Positions 1 to 10,433 of a stretch of 64,000 nucleotides of DNA are shown one piece after another. The notes beneath the pieces were generated by a model. The model was not told the DNA's origin and did no database searches. It saw only the letters and a list, made by a program, of their open reading frames with translations. A program made the translations under genes and the position numbers. The first letter of the stretch is position 1. Every line of letters begins with the position of its first letter. The DNA is from an uncultured Gemmatimonadales bacterium (GTDB taxonomy: Bacteria; Gemmatimonadota; Gemmatimonadetes; Gemmatimonadales; GWC2-71-9), in contig CAVOGR010000007.1 of NCBI GenBank assembly GCA_963695555.1, forward strand, positions 736,001 to 800,000, in the 5' to 3' direction.

Positions 1-1
1 C

Positions 2-517
2 GAGGCCGATGCTCAGGCGTCACGGGCGTCGTACAGCGCGTCGAAGTCCGCCTATTGGCCGACGCTTCGCTTGAGCGGCTCCTACACCTACAGCGGCAAC
101 AGCCGGGTCAATGACTACCAACTGTTCCAATCGCGCCAGGCAAGCCTCAGCCTGAGCTGGCCGATCTTCAACGGGTTCACCCGCGAGCGCTCCATCACCC
201 AGCAATCCGGCGCGATGGACGTGGCCGAGGCCACGGCACGGGATGTACGTCGGCAGATCCAGGCCGCGCTGACGCAACGCTTCGCCGAGCTGGACGCCGC
301 GGCGCTTCGCATCGACATCTCGCAGACCAGTGTGGTGGCCGCTGAGGAAGATCTTCGGGTCCAGCAGGAGCGGTATCGTCTCGGTGCCGCGACGATCTTT
401 GACGTCCTCACATCGCAAGAAGCACTCAACCAAGCGGAGGTAGACGTGGTCAACGCCCGCTTCGACTATCTACGAGCCAAGGCGCAGATCGAGGCGCTGA
501 TCGGACGGCAACTATGA
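2..517 (+). CDS. TolC-family outer-membrane efflux protein (5'-partial, C-terminal part only)
   Basis: Frame is open from base 2 ([26 protein letters not shown]...). OEP motifs [37 protein letters not shown]. Stop overlaps the next ATG. Confidence 0.9.
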   Translation, partial: EADAQASRASYSASKSAYWPTLRLSGSYTYSGNSRVNDYQLFQSRQASLSLSWPIFNGFTRERSITQQSGAMDVAEATARDVRRQIQAALTQRFAELDAAALRIDISQTSVVAAEEDLRVQQERYRLGAATIFDVLTSQEALNQAEVDVVNARFDYLRAKAQIEALIGRQL

Positions 518-1269
518 GTCGCGGAATGCTCGATACCGCGGAACGCATGGCCCTCTTACCAGGCGACGTGCCCCGCGACGCCGTCATCGTCACCCGGGCA
601 CTGACGCGGGAATACGACATGGGCGGGGAAATTGTCCACGCGCTCCAAGGAGTCGACGTCATCATTCGCAAGAATGAGTTCGTCGCCATCATGGGACCGT
701 CGGGTTCCGGGAAGTCGACCCTGATGAACATGATCGGCTGCCTCGACACGCCCACCGCCGGGGAGTACTGGCTCAACGGCCATCGGGTGTCGGAACTAGG
801 CGACAACGAGCTGGCGCGGATCCGGAACAAGGAAATCGGGTTCGTGTTCCAGACCTTCAACCTGCTCCCCCGGGCCACCGCGCTGCACAACGTGGAGTTG
901 CCACTGGTGTATGCCGGCAGTGGCAGCAAGGAGCGGCGTGCGCTCGCCGAGGAGGCCCTGCGCCGAGTCGGCCTCGCCGACCGGATGGAGCACCGTCCCA
1001 ACGAGCTGTCGGGCGGACAGCGCCAACGGGTGGCGGTGGCGCGGGCGCTGGTGAATCACCCCAGCATCCTCCTGGCAGACGAGCCGACCGGGAATCTCGA
1101 CTCGGTCACGAGCGCCGAAATCATGGAACTGTTCGAGGATCTCCATAGCGACGGTCAGACCATCATCTTGGTGACCCACGAAAAAGACATTGCTGCGCAC
1201 GCCGACCGCGAAATCCACCTGCTGGACGGTCGGGTCGAGCAGGACCTTCAAACGAAGAGAGTTCACTGA
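514..1269 (+). CDS. ABC transporter ATP-binding protein, MacB/LolD family
   Basis: Walker [10 protein letters not shown], signature [13 protein letters not shown], Walker [14 protein letters not shown]-loop VTHE. Confidence 0.95.
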   Translation: MSRGMLDTAERMALLPGDVPRDAVIVTRALTREYDMGGEIVHALQGVDVIIRKNEFVAIMGPSGSGKSTLMNMIGCLDTPTAGEYWLNGHRVSELGDNELARIRNKEIGFVFQTFNLLPRATALHNVELPLVYAGSGSKERRALAEEALRRVGLADRMEHRPNELSGGQRQRVAVARALVNHPSILLADEPTGNLDSVTSAEIMELFEDLHSDGQTIILVTHEKDIAAHADREIHLLDGRVEQDLQTKRVH

Positions 1270-2786
1270 TGCGGACACGTAGCGTACTGATCGCGGTCGG
1301 TGCGGCAGGCTTGACCGCTGCCGGGTGTAATGGCAAAGAAGAGACGACCGTGGTGTACCAGGCCTTGCCCGTCGTGCAACGCGACATCGTCCTGTCGGCC
1401 CAGGCGGCCGGAATCATCGAGCCGGACACCACGGTGGAGGTCAAGTCCAAGGCCTCCGGCGAGATTCTGGAGATTCGGGTTGAGACCGGCGAATTGGTCG
1501 AGCGCGGCACCCTCATGGTCCGGATTGACCAACGCACCCCGCGCAACAACCTGGCACAGGCTGATGCCGAACTCGAAGTGGCGAAAGCGCAGCTGGCCAA
1601 CGCCCTGGCCCAGAAGCGCCGGGCGGACGAGTTGTTCACGTCTCAATCGATTACCGAGACCGAGCACGAGAAGGCCGACCTCGATTACGCCAACGCCAAG
1701 GCCACGGTGGTGCGCGCCGAAGTCCAGGTCGAGAACGCGCGTATCCGGATGGACGACACCGACGTCCGCGCGCCCATCACGGGCACCATCATCGAGAAGA
1801 ACGTGGAACGTGGCCAGGTCATCTCCTCGCCCACCTCCGACGTAGGTGGAGGGACGGTGCTCTTGCAGATGGCCGACCTGAATCTGGTCCAAGTGCGGAC
1901 TCTGGTGGATGAGACCGACATCGGAAAGATCCAACCAGGCCTCCCAGCCACGGTATTGGTGGCCGCGTTCCCGAACCGGCCGTTCGACGGCACGGTCCTC
2001 AAGGTCGAACCGCAGGCCGTCACGCAGCAGAACGTGACCATGTTCCCGGTGCTGGTGCGCATCGAGAACCGGGAGCTGTTGCTGAAACCCGGCATGAACT
2101 CCGAAGTCGAGATTCATATCGGCCGGCGCGACGGCGTGTTGGCCGTCCCCAACGCGGCGCTCCGCACCCGGGCAGACGTCGGCTCCGCCGCACAGGTACT
2201 GGGACTGACCATGGAGCGAGTGCAGGACCAGCTGGCCCAGGCCGAACAGCCCGCCGGCGATTCCGACGTGAGCCAGGCGTCGCTCGCGGCCAAGGCCAAC
2301 GGCGACTCGACCACCAAGGCCGAGACGATCCAAATGCCCAACGGCACAACAGTGACCCTGCCGGAGGGCGTGAGCGCGGCTCAGGTTCGCGCCATTTTCG
2401 CCAAGTTCCAAAGCGGTCAGCGCCCCACCGCTGAGGAGCGGGCCCTGCTTCAGAAGATCCGTGGAGGCAGCGGCGGAGGTGGCGGCCGCCCGCGCGGCGG
2501 CGGACAGCAGAGCCAAATCGATGCGCAGATGGGCGGCCAGTACATCGTCTTCGTGCTACGCGACGGACAGCCGACCGCGGTGACCATCCAGACCGGCCTC
2601 ACCGACTTGGACTACAGCGAAGTCGTGACCGGCGTCACGGAGCGCGACTCGGTGTTGGTGCTCCCAAGTGCAGGCCTGGTTCGGTCCCAGCAGGAGTTCC
2701 AGGACCGGATCAACCGCGTGACCGGGGGGGGCGGGTTGCCCGGCGTTCGGTCGTCCAACTCACCCAGTTCATCGAACTCGCGCTAG
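1269..2786 (+). CDS. Efflux periplasmic adaptor (MacA/HlyD-family membrane fusion lipoprotein)
   Basis: Lipobox AAGC; VEVKSKASGEI, RAPITGTI, VDETDIGKI, LKPGMN, VPNAAL. TGATG overlap with the ATPase gene. Confidence 0.92.
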   Translation: MRTRSVLIAVGAAGLTAAGCNGKEETTVVYQALPVVQRDIVLSAQAAGIIEPDTTVEVKSKASGEILEIRVETGELVERGTLMVRIDQRTPRNNLAQADAELEVAKAQLANALAQKRRADELFTSQSITETEHEKADLDYANAKATVVRAEVQVENARIRMDDTDVRAPITGTIIEKNVERGQVISSPTSDVGGGTVLLQMADLNLVQVRTLVDETDIGKIQPGLPATVLVAAFPNRPFDGTVLKVEPQAVTQQNVTMFPVLVRIENRELLLKPGMNSEVEIHIGRRDGVLAVPNAALRTRADVGSAAQVLGLTMERVQDQLAQAEQPAGDSDVSQASLAAKANGDSTTKAETIQMPNGTTVTLPEGVSAAQVRAIFAKFQSGQRPTAEERALLQKIRGGSGGGGGRPRGGGQQSQIDAQMGGQYIVFVLRDGQPTAVTIQTGLTDLDYSEVVTGVTERDSVLVLPSAGLVRSQQEFQDRINRVTGGGGLPGVRSSNSPSSSNSR

Positions 2787-2798
2787 GGGATCCAGAGC

Positions 2799-4013
2799 AT
2801 GTTATTCGGCGAGACCCTACAGGTCGCCTTTCAATCCATCCGAGCGAATCTGCTGCGTTCCCTCCTCACCATGCTGGGAATCATCATCGGGGTGGCCGCG
2901 GTCATCACCATGGTGGCCTTGGGGACGGGAGCTCAGCGCGCGGTAGAGGAACGCATTTCCAGCCTCGGCGCCAACCTGCTCCAGATATATGCGGGTCAGT
3001 CGATGCACCGCGGCGTGGCTTCGTCGGAGCGGGTAAGCCTGACGACGGATGATGCGTACGCGCTCAGGAGAGAAGCACGACTCCTTTCAGAAGTCGTTCC
3101 GGAATTACAGCGATCACTGCAAGTGAAGTACGGCAACAAGAACCTCAACGTCAATATCAATGGAACCACCCCGAACTTCTTTAAGGTCAACAACTTCAAG
3201 CTGGCCAATGGACGCCTGCTGACCGCAGGCGACAACGAAGCGCGCCAGCGCTTCGCAGTGCTCGGCGGGGCCATTCCGACCATGCTCGAGGTGAACCCCG
3301 CCGCGCTCATCAATCAGACGCTGCTGATCCGGAGCATCCCCTTCACGATCATTGGAGTTCTCGAAGAGAAGGGGGCGGAGGGAGCGTGGAGCAACCCCGA
3401 CGAACAAATCGTGATTCCACTGGGCACGGCACAGTACCGGGTGTTCGGCACCGATCGGCTCCGGTCGATCACCGTCGAAGTGGCCAAGAACGTCCCGCTC
3501 GAGCAGGGTATGGTGGACCTCGAACGCGTGCTGCGGAAAGAGCACAAGCTCCCCCCGGGCCGCGACAACGATTTCCAGATTCGCAACCGGCAACAGATCC
3601 TCGCCACCCAACAGGAGGCGACGCAGATCTTCACCTATCTCTTGGCGAGCATCGCCGGCGTCAGTCTCCTGGTGGGCGGCATCGGCATCATGAACATCAT
3701 GCTGGTCTCCGTGACCGAGCGGACCCGTGAAATTGGAATTCGGAAGGCGCTCGGCGCCACCAAGACCAATATCCTGATGCAATTCTTGGTGGAAGCGCTA
3801 ACGCTGTGTCTGGTCGGCGGCGTCCTCGGCATCCTGCTCGGTGTTGGCGCCGCGGTTGCCCTCGCCGAGCTCGCCGGCTGGAACACGCTCGTGTCGCCGA
3901 CGGCGGTCGGGGTTGCCTTTGCCTTCAGCGCCGCAATCGGCCTGTTCTTCGGAATCTGGCCCGCGCGACGGGCATCGCTCCTCGATCCGATCGTCGCACT
4001 CCGGTTCGAATAG
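2799..4013 (+). CDS. ABC transporter permease, MacB/FtsX family
   Basis: RSLLTMLGIIIGVAAV, GGIGIMNIMLVSVTERTREIGIRKALGA, PARRASLLDPIVALR. Confidence 0.95.
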   Translation: MLFGETLQVAFQSIRANLLRSLLTMLGIIIGVAAVITMVALGTGAQRAVEERISSLGANLLQIYAGQSMHRGVASSERVSLTTDDAYALRREARLLSEVVPELQRSLQVKYGNKNLNVNINGTTPNFFKVNNFKLANGRLLTAGDNEARQRFAVLGGAIPTMLEVNPAALINQTLLIRSIPFTIIGVLEEKGAEGAWSNPDEQIVIPLGTAQYRVFGTDRLRSITVEVAKNVPLEQGMVDLERVLRKEHKLPPGRDNDFQIRNRQQILATQQEATQIFTYLLASIAGVSLLVGGIGIMNIMLVSVTERTREIGIRKALGATKTNILMQFLVEALTLCLVGGVLGILLGVGAAVALAELAGWNTLVSPTAVGVAFAFSAAIGLFFGIWPARRASLLDPIVALRFE

Positions 4014-4028
4014 GTCCGGGTCCGGCAT

Positions 4029-4070
4029 GCGTTGAGGTCCCGGAAGGTACGCCGGGACCTCAACGCGTTT
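4029..4070 (+). terminator. Stem-loop, probable intrinsic terminator of the ABC exporter operon
   Basis: Perfect 15-bp stem GCGTTGAGGTCCCGG / CCGGGACCTCAACGC with an 8-nt loop, followed by GTTT, 15 nt after the stop. Confidence 0.7.
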
Positions 4071-4186
4071 CCCCTCGCGCAACTCTCGACTACATTGTCC
4101 CCGCGTTCGGAGCGCTGCGACGCCGCTCGATCATGAGCTGACCGAGAGGTAGACCCGACTCACTCCCGAGGGCGCCCACGTCGGAT

Positions 4187-6469
4187 ATGCTGGCACTCTT
4201 CCTCTTCCTCCAAGGCACCACGGCCACCCCTCAAGCGGCGGTGGTTGGCCAAGGAGCACCCACGGTTACCGTGCCCCGCCTCGAGAGCTCGGTCGTGGTC
4301 GACGGCCGGCTCGACGAGCCGGTCTGGGCCGAGGCCGTGCGCCTGACCGGGTTCCACCAATACCAGCCGGTAGACAGCCGCCCGGCCGAGGAGCGCACCG
4401 ATGTCCTGGTGTGGTACTCGCCCCAGGCGCTCCACTTCGGCGTGTTGGCCTTCGACCGCAACCCGGCCTCGATCCGAGCGTCCGTGGCGGATCGCGACAA
4501 CCTGGGCGCGGACGACCGGATCGTGATCTACCTCGACACGTTCAACGACCGGCGCCGCGCCTTCTTCTTCGGCGTCAATCCGTTGGGCGCGCAACAAGAC
4601 GGCGTCCGGACGGAGGGGGGGTCGCCCAGTGCCGGCAACTTGTTTGGCGGATCGATCGACCTGAACCCGGACTACTATTTCGAATCGAAGGGCACCATCA
4701 CGGACAGCGGCTACGTGGTGGAGATCCGTATCCCGTTCAAGAGTCTCCGCTATCCGGGCAACGGACCTCAGCGCTGGGGCCTGAATATCGTGCGGAACGT
4801 CCAGCGCACCGGGTACGAGGATACCTGGACCGATGTCCGCCGGGCCAATGCGAGCTTTCTCGCGCAGGCCGGCGTTATCGAGGGGCTCCACGATCTCGAT
4901 CGCGGGATCGTCGCCGAGGTCCAGCCGTTCGTCACAGCGACGGCAAACGGGGCGCGAAACCAAACAACCGGCCGGTTCGACCGCGACGCCCTCGATCCGG
5001 ATATCGGCGTCAATGCCCGCTTGGGATTCACCAATCTCTCCATCGACCTGACCGGAAACCCCGATTTCAGCCAGGTCGAGTCCGATGAGGGACTGGTGAC
5101 GGTCAACGAGCGTTTCGCGCTGTTCTTCCCCGAGAAGCGGCCCTTCTTTCTCGAGGGGATCGAGTTGTTCTCCACCCCCAACCAACTCGTGTATACCCGC
5201 CGAGTGGCGAACCCCGTTGTCGGCGCGAAACTCACCGGAAAGCTCGGAGGTCTCGGGTTGGCCCACCTGACCGCCCTCGACGAGACGGCAGGTGACGACG
5301 CCCTGTTCAACATCACCAGGATCCAGCGAGACCTGGGCGCCAACTCGCTGGCTGGGCTCACGGTGACCAACCGCGACCAGGGCCGCGAGTACAACCGTGT
5401 GATCGCCGGCGACGCACGCATCGTCTTCGGGAAGCTCTACTTCGTGGACGGGCAGCTCGGGGCGTCGTGGACCGGCGACGGATCCAGCTCGCGCTCGGCG
5501 GCCCTGTGGCGGGCGACCTTCGATCGAACGGGTCGGTCCTGGGGTTTCAACTACCAACTGACCGGCATCGGTGAAGACTTCGAGAGCCGAGCCGGTTTCG
5601 TTCCGCGTGCCAATATCGTCACGGCCCACGCCTTCAATCGGCTCACGTTCTATGGCGGGCGTGGAGCGTTGATCGAGAATTTCACGACGTTCTTCGGCCC
5701 TACCCGACTCTGGACGTACACGGCCTTCGGATCGGAGACCCCGATCGAAGGAGAGGAGTCCGTCACCTTCAATGTTCAGCTGCGCGGAGGCTGGTTCGTG
5801 AGGGCCAACGTCGCCCGCCGGTTTCAACGATTTGATGCTGCCGCCTATGCCGATGTCCAGGTCGATCGGGGTGGCGGCGTGCTGGAGCCTTTTCAACCCC
5901 CGGACGAGCTCACCAATCAGTTCGGGACATCTTTGTCGATCACCAGCCCAACCTACCAGAGCTTCGATGCGTCGCTCAGTTGGTCGTACGGAGAAGTTCC
6001 CATCTTCGACGAAGCCTCCGAGGGTCGGGAGACTCGGCTCAGCGGCAGCGTGCGGATCCGTCCGACGGGATCGGTCCGGATCGAGGGGAGCACGCGGGTC
6101 GCCTGGATTCGGCGGGCACGCGATGGATCGGAGTTCGCGCGGACCATCCTGCCGCGGCTCAAGATCGAGTATCAACCGTCGAGGGCCCTCTTCTTTCGGT
6201 TCATCGGGGAATACCGCTCCGAGCGCCGAGCCGCTCTGCTCGACCCCCAAACCGGCGACCCGCTGGTCGAGAACGGTGCGGCCGCTCCGCGACGCGATAC
6301 CAACACCCTGCGAATGGATTGGCTGGCTTCCTATGAACCCACGCCTGGGACGGTGATCTTTCTGGGATATGGAGCCATTCTCGCGACCCCGAAGACGTTC
6401 GACTTCACGGATCTGAGCCGGGAGCTCGACGGTGTGTTCATCAAGCTGGCCTATCAATTCCGCCGGTAG
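4187..6469 (+). CDS. Outer-membrane protein with N-terminal CBM9-like domain and DUF5916-type beta-barrel
   Basis: VDGRLDEPVW, EIRIPFKSLRY, NPDFSQVESD, ERFALFFPEKRPFFLEG; C-terminal FIKLAYQFRR. Confidence 0.8.
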   Translation: MLALFLFLQGTTATPQAAVVGQGAPTVTVPRLESSVVVDGRLDEPVWAEAVRLTGFHQYQPVDSRPAEERTDVLVWYSPQALHFGVLAFDRNPASIRASVADRDNLGADDRIVIYLDTFNDRRRAFFFGVNPLGAQQDGVRTEGGSPSAGNLFGGSIDLNPDYYFESKGTITDSGYVVEIRIPFKSLRYPGNGPQRWGLNIVRNVQRTGYEDTWTDVRRANASFLAQAGVIEGLHDLDRGIVAEVQPFVTATANGARNQTTGRFDRDALDPDIGVNARLGFTNLSIDLTGNPDFSQVESDEGLVTVNERFALFFPEKRPFFLEGIELFSTPNQLVYTRRVANPVVGAKLTGKLGGLGLAHLTALDETAGDDALFNITRIQRDLGANSLAGLTVTNRDQGREYNRVIAGDARIVFGKLYFVDGQLGASWTGDGSSSRSAALWRATFDRTGRSWGFNYQLTGIGEDFESRAGFVPRANIVTAHAFNRLTFYGGRGALIENFTTFFGPTRLWTYTAFGSETPIEGEESVTFNVQLRGGWFVRANVARRFQRFDAAAYADVQVDRGGGVLEPFQPPDELTNQFGTSLSITSPTYQSFDASLSWSYGEVPIFDEASEGRETRLSGSVRIRPTGSVRIEGSTRVAWIRRARDGSEFARTILPRLKIEYQPSRALFFRFIGEYRSERRAALLDPQTGDPLVENGAAAPRRDTNTLRMDWLASYEPTPGTVIFLGYGAILATPKTFDFTDLSRELDGVFIKLAYQFRR

Positions 6470-6508
6470 CGGGACGAATACGCACGGCGGGGCCCGCCCG
6501 GCACGCGT

Positions 6509-7765
6509 GTGACGCCGGATCTCAGGAGGTGGGCGGCCCCGCTGACCATTACGGTGGCGCTCCTCGTCGCCCGGGTCGCCTCGGTTCCGGCTATTACCGA
6601 TCCCACCGGCGCACCCCTGCCGACCGGGCTATCGCTCTCGACTCCCTGGCTCCATGTGGTAGCCGCCCCTCTCTTCACGCTCTGGGACGGGATGTCCATG
6701 CTCAGCATGAGCAGGCTCGGAAGCTGCCTGCTGGGAATGGCCGGCCTCTATGTTCTGTGGAGGGTGATCCGCTGGTGGCAACACCGGCGCGTCCTGCGTG
6801 AACTTGGCTACGCGGCCCTCGCGCTGGTGGGGTTCGCGCTGTTCATCGTGGCGGGGGCCATCTGGCACCGCCCCATGGTTTCTCTGACCGGCGTTCCCGG
6901 CGGGATGGTCGCCGTCGATTTTCATTCACACAGCAACGCGTCGCATGATGTCGAAGGAATCATGCAAAACTGGGATGTCCAAGCGGTTCGCCGCTGGCAC
7001 GCCCGGGCTGGGTTCGATGCCTTCTTCCTAACCGACCACAATACCCAAAACACGGCCCCTCGGCAGATTCCGACAGAAAGGCCCTACGTCTGTCCCGGCA
7101 TCGAGGTCAGCGCTTGGCGCGCCCATGTCGTACTGCTCGGTACCAGCGAAGTCGTCGATCGCGGGCCCTACGCCCAATCACTCGACGGCGTGTTCGCGCT
7201 GCTCCGCGATGCGTCGGCCAAACTTAACGCCATCTCCATCGCATCGATCCCCGAATACGAGCGGAACCACTGGGACAACCTCGAATCCTGGGTGGCCGCG
7301 GGCCTCGGCGGATTCGAGATCGTGAACGCCTCGCCCAAGGCGAATGAACTCTCTCGTGTCCGGCGCGACTCGGTGATCGCGCTCGCACGCCGCACCGACC
7401 GCATCGTGGTCGGCGTGAGCGACCAACACGGGTGGGGCGCGACGAGCATGGTGTGGAACCTGGTATCGGTGTCCGATGGATCAGCCCGGAGCGGCGACCC
7501 GTGCGCCGCAATCCTCGGTCGCCTGACCAACTCCGGATTCCGGGCGGTGCAGGTCGTGGAGCGCCATCGCCTGCGGGCCGACTCGACCTGGCCCGCCTGG
7601 CTCACCGCGATCGGCCTGGTGTGGGAGACGTGGCGCGCGATGAGTTGGCCCCTCGTGGTGGGCTGGCTCGCGTGGATTTGGCTCGGGGCCGCCCTGGCCG
7701 TCCGCTTCGGCCGCGACCGAAGCCTTGTGCCGACCCAGGGAGGGAGTCCAGAATTGGCGGTATGA
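6509..7765 (+). CDS. Membrane-anchored PHP-domain metallophosphoesterase
   Basis: PHP motifs DFHSH, TDHN, GIEVS, SDQH; hydrophobic segments at the N- and C-termini. Confidence 0.75.
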   Translation: MTPDLRRWAAPLTITVALLVARVASVPAITDPTGAPLPTGLSLSTPWLHVVAAPLFTLWDGMSMLSMSRLGSCLLGMAGLYVLWRVIRWWQHRRVLRELGYAALALVGFALFIVAGAIWHRPMVSLTGVPGGMVAVDFHSHSNASHDVEGIMQNWDVQAVRRWHARAGFDAFFLTDHNTQNTAPRQIPTERPYVCPGIEVSAWRAHVVLLGTSEVVDRGPYAQSLDGVFALLRDASAKLNAISIASIPEYERNHWDNLESWVAAGLGGFEIVNASPKANELSRVRRDSVIALARRTDRIVVGVSDQHGWGATSMVWNLVSVSDGSARSGDPCAAILGRLTNSGFRAVQVVERHRLRADSTWPAWLTAIGLVWETWRAMSWPLVVGWLAWIWLGAALAVRFGRDRSLVPTQGGSPELAV

Positions 7766-8757
7766 AACGATCTCACATCGTGGGCACTGGGTTTGCCGTG
7801 CCCGACCGCGTTGTTACCAACGACGATCTCACGCGATGGATGGACACCTCGGACGAATGGATTCGGGCGCGAACCGGCATCGAGGAGCGGCGCTGGGTCG
7901 AGGAAGGACAGACCAGCACCGCCCTTGCGGTCCAGGCCTCCGAGCGAGCGCTCGCATCGGCCGGATTGGCGGCCGACGACCTGGATGCTATCGTGTTCGC
8001 CACATCCACGCCCGACCATTTCTGCCCGGGCGGCGGGGTCCTGCTTCAGCACGCATTGGGCATCGGGACGGTCCCCGCCATCGACATCAGGACCCAATGC
8101 AGCGGATTCGTCTACGCGCTCGCCGTGGCGGACGCGTGGATCCGGACCGGGCTGTTCCGCCACATCCTCGTTGTCGGCGTCGAGATTCAATCGACCGGGA
8201 TGGATTTGACCACGGCCGGACGCGACACCGCCGTGATCTTCGCCGATGGGGCCGGAGCCGCCGTCCTCGGCGAATCCCAGGATCCCGAGCGAGGCCTGCT
8301 GGCGTTCGACCTGCACGGCGAAGGCGAATACGCCCAGAAACTCTGGGTGGACAGCCCCGGTTCGCAGTACCATCCCCGCATCGCCCAGGACCACCTCGAC
8401 CACGGCCGGCACCTGCTCCAGATGGAGGGCCGGGAAGTCTTCCGCCACGCCGTGACGCGAATGCCCGAGTCGACCACGGCGGTCCTGGCCAAGGCGGGCC
8501 TTTCGCTGGCCGACTTGAACCTGCTCATCCCGCACCAGGCCAACTTGCGGATCTCCGAGGCCATGCAAAAGAGGCTCGGCCTTAAAGACGACCAGGTCTA
8601 CAACAACATCATGCGATACGGCAACACCACGGCCGCGACCATCCCCATCGCGCTGGATGAGTGCCTCCGGGGCGGCAGAATCACCCCCGGCATGATCGTG
8701 GTGCTGACCGCGTTTGGTTCGGGCTTTCTTTGGGGGAGCGTCGCCATTCGCTGGTAG
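7762..8757 (+). CDS. fabH: 3-oxoacyl-ACP synthase III
   Basis: DTSDEWIRARTGI, catalytic Cys TQCSGF, PHQANLRI, YGNTTAATIP, FGSGFLWG. The real start is the ATG at 7762 (ATGA overlap). Confidence 0.92.
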   Translation: MKRSHIVGTGFAVPDRVVTNDDLTRWMDTSDEWIRARTGIEERRWVEEGQTSTALAVQASERALASAGLAADDLDAIVFATSTPDHFCPGGGVLLQHALGIGTVPAIDIRTQCSGFVYALAVADAWIRTGLFRHILVVGVEIQSTGMDLTTAGRDTAVIFADGAGAAVLGESQDPERGLLAFDLHGEGEYAQKLWVDSPGSQYHPRIAQDHLDHGRHLLQMEGREVFRHAVTRMPESTTAVLAKAGLSLADLNLLIPHQANLRISEAMQKRLGLKDDQVYNNIMRYGNTTAATIPIALDECLRGGRITPGMIVVLTAFGSGFLWGSVAIRW

Positions 8758-8832
8758 GTCAGGGGGTTGAATCTTTCCGGCCGTTCGTTTCGTACTGCAA
8801 CACACTGATCTCCCACACCTGAGGAGCCTGGA

Positions 8833-9102
8833 ATGTCGGTGTTCATCAGCCTCATCGCGATCGCAGCGATTGGCATAGTCAGCTTCACGCTCGCGCGAAA
8901 CTATGTGAAGCGGCGGCTCCGGTTCGTCGATGCGATCTATTCGCCGCTCGCCCCTGTGGTGGCGGCGGTCATCGGAGGGCTGCTCACGTGGCCCCTCGCC
9001 ATCCTTCCTTTCATTACAACGGGGATGGCGGCCATCTTCGGCATCGGCTCGGGGCTGGGCACGGCGAGTGCCGTGAAGGCCTTGAAACGCGGCGAGGTGT
9101 GA
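8833..9102 (+). CDS. Small membrane protein of unknown function
   Basis: GAGGAG RBS, 89 aa, three hydrophobic segments. Confidence 0.75.
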   Translation: MSVFISLIAIAAIGIVSFTLARNYVKRRLRFVDAIYSPLAPVVAAVIGGLLTWPLAILPFITTGMAAIFGIGSGLGTASAVKALKRGEV

Positions 9103-9154
9103 TCGCCTCCGAGCGGGCTTTCACGCGCGCGTCAGGCTCGATATCTTGGGGCCC

Positions 9155-9397
9155 ATGACGACCATCGATTGCATCCGGTGCGGCAACACTGGAAGCCGTG
9201 TTGCGTTCCAGCCGTTTCAGAACGACCTCGGGCGCCGGGTATATGAGGAGATCTGCAGAACCTGCTGGGCGGAGTGGCTCAAGCATCAGCAGGCTCTGAT
9301 CAACCACTATGCGCTCAATGTCCAGGAGCCTCAGGCGAAGGAATTCCTCTACCGGAACCTGGACGAGTATCTGTTCGGCACCACGAGTTCTCCCTAA
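9155..9397 (+). CDS. yggX: Fe(II)-trafficking / oxidative damage protection protein, YggX family
   Basis: PF.NDLGRRVYEEIC..CW.EWLKHQQALIN.Y.L pattern; N-terminal CxxC plus a second CxxC. Confidence 0.85.
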   Translation: MTTIDCIRCGNTGSRVAFQPFQNDLGRRVYEEICRTCWAEWLKHQQALINHYALNVQEPQAKEFLYRNLDEYLFGTTSSP

Positions 9398-9434
9398 CCC
9401 ACTCGGTTGAGTGGCATTGCTCTTTCGCCACGCG

Positions 9435-9470
9435 AAGCCCCCTCCGAGTTCCAGGCCCGGAGGGGGCTTT
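9435..9470. terminator. Probable bidirectional terminator between convergent genes
   Basis: 12-bp stem AAGCCCCCTCCG / CGGAGGGGGCTT between the yggX stop and the PDZ gene stop. Confidence 0.7.
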
Positions 9471-9496
9471 ACCATTGTGACGTGTCGCCCACGGCT

Positions 9497-10411
9497 CTAT
9501 CGCCGCATGGCATCGAGCGACCCGGTGATGGTGAGCCGGCGTTGCTTCCGCATAATGGTCAGTGGGATCGACTCCTTCGCATCGTAACTCTGCAGGATGC
9601 GGAGCAGGTGCGACGGACTGGTCGGCTTCCGATCGCCAACGGCGAGCACCACATCGCCTCCCTTGAGATTGAGCTTCGACCCGGCCGGGACGCTGATGAC
9701 CAGCACGCCGTCGGATGTGCCGAAGTATTCCGCCAGTCCTGGATTCAGCGGAACCAGTTCGAACTCGAAAAGTGGAGGGAAAAACGCCATGTCCGCGCGA
9801 CCCTGGAGCCCGCGCAGTGTCTCCAGACGAGGCATGAAGCCACGCAGACCATCGATGGAATCGACCCGAACATTGAACGTATCCGTGCCGAACACGTACC
9901 CCTGGGCACCATCTGGTGTCCGCCAGGTTTGTACGTAGAACGGCGGCGGCCCGGCCACGATGGCGCTGTGTTTCGTCTCGGCAGCGCGCCGGAAGATGAC
10001 CTGAACGGTGTCGCCCGGATCGAAGCGGGCAGCAAGTTCGATCAGACGCAAGCCCGGCAGGGACGCATTCGGGGTTCGTCCCCTAACCCCGATGCTCTCG
10101 AGCAAGGACTCCCCAGCCAGCGAAGTGATGATGTCGCCGGTACGAATACCGGCGTGGTCGGCCGGTCCATTGGGTGATACCGAATGGATCAGCGCACCGA
10201 TCGAGTCGGAAGCGCTCGCACGGGTGTTGACAGTCAGGCCAAGGTAGGCTCGGCGAAACTCGAGAAACTGGACGTACTGACGCGCTACCGAGTCGATTAC
10301 TCCGGCGTCCGGCCGGGCACGCTCCAGGCGGCGCACGTCATCGCGCTCCTGGCCGATGAGCGGGCTCGCTATGATCACGGATAGAGCGACTGCAAGAAAT
10401 GCCCGGCTCAT
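9497..10411 (-). CDS. Secreted tandem-PDZ-domain protein
   Basis: Signal peptide MSRAFLAVAL...; PDZ motifs AYLGL..VSPNGPADHAGIRTGDII and GVLVISVPAGS.LNLKGGDVVLAV. No trypsin domain. Confidence 0.8.
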   Translation of the reverse strand: MSRAFLAVALSVIIASPLIGQERDDVRRLERARPDAGVIDSVARQYVQFLEFRRAYLGLTVNTRASASDSIGALIHSVSPNGPADHAGIRTGDIITSLAGESLLESIGVRGRTPNASLPGLRLIELAARFDPGDTVQVIFRRAAETKHSAIVAGPPPFYVQTWRTPDGAQGYVFGTDTFNVRVDSIDGLRGFMPRLETLRGLQGRADMAFFPPLFEFELVPLNPGLAEYFGTSDGVLVISVPAGSKLNLKGGDVVLAVGDRKPTSPSHLLRILQSYDAKESIPLTIMRKQRRLTITGSLDAMRR

Positions 10412-10433
10412 CACCCCGACCAACCCCTCCCTG

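Noticed and set aside
2..517. Similarity of the two TolC C-termini (2..517 and 39734..41041) as an assembly duplication
   Set aside because: The proteins are clearly diverged paralogues serving different (ABC versus RND) pumps.
4160..6457. Long antisense ORFs (for example 4160..6457 -, 7168..8805 -, 30510..31877 +, 33935..35317 +)
   Set aside because: They are shadows of real genes on the opposite strand, expected in high-GC DNA, and have no recognisable motifs.
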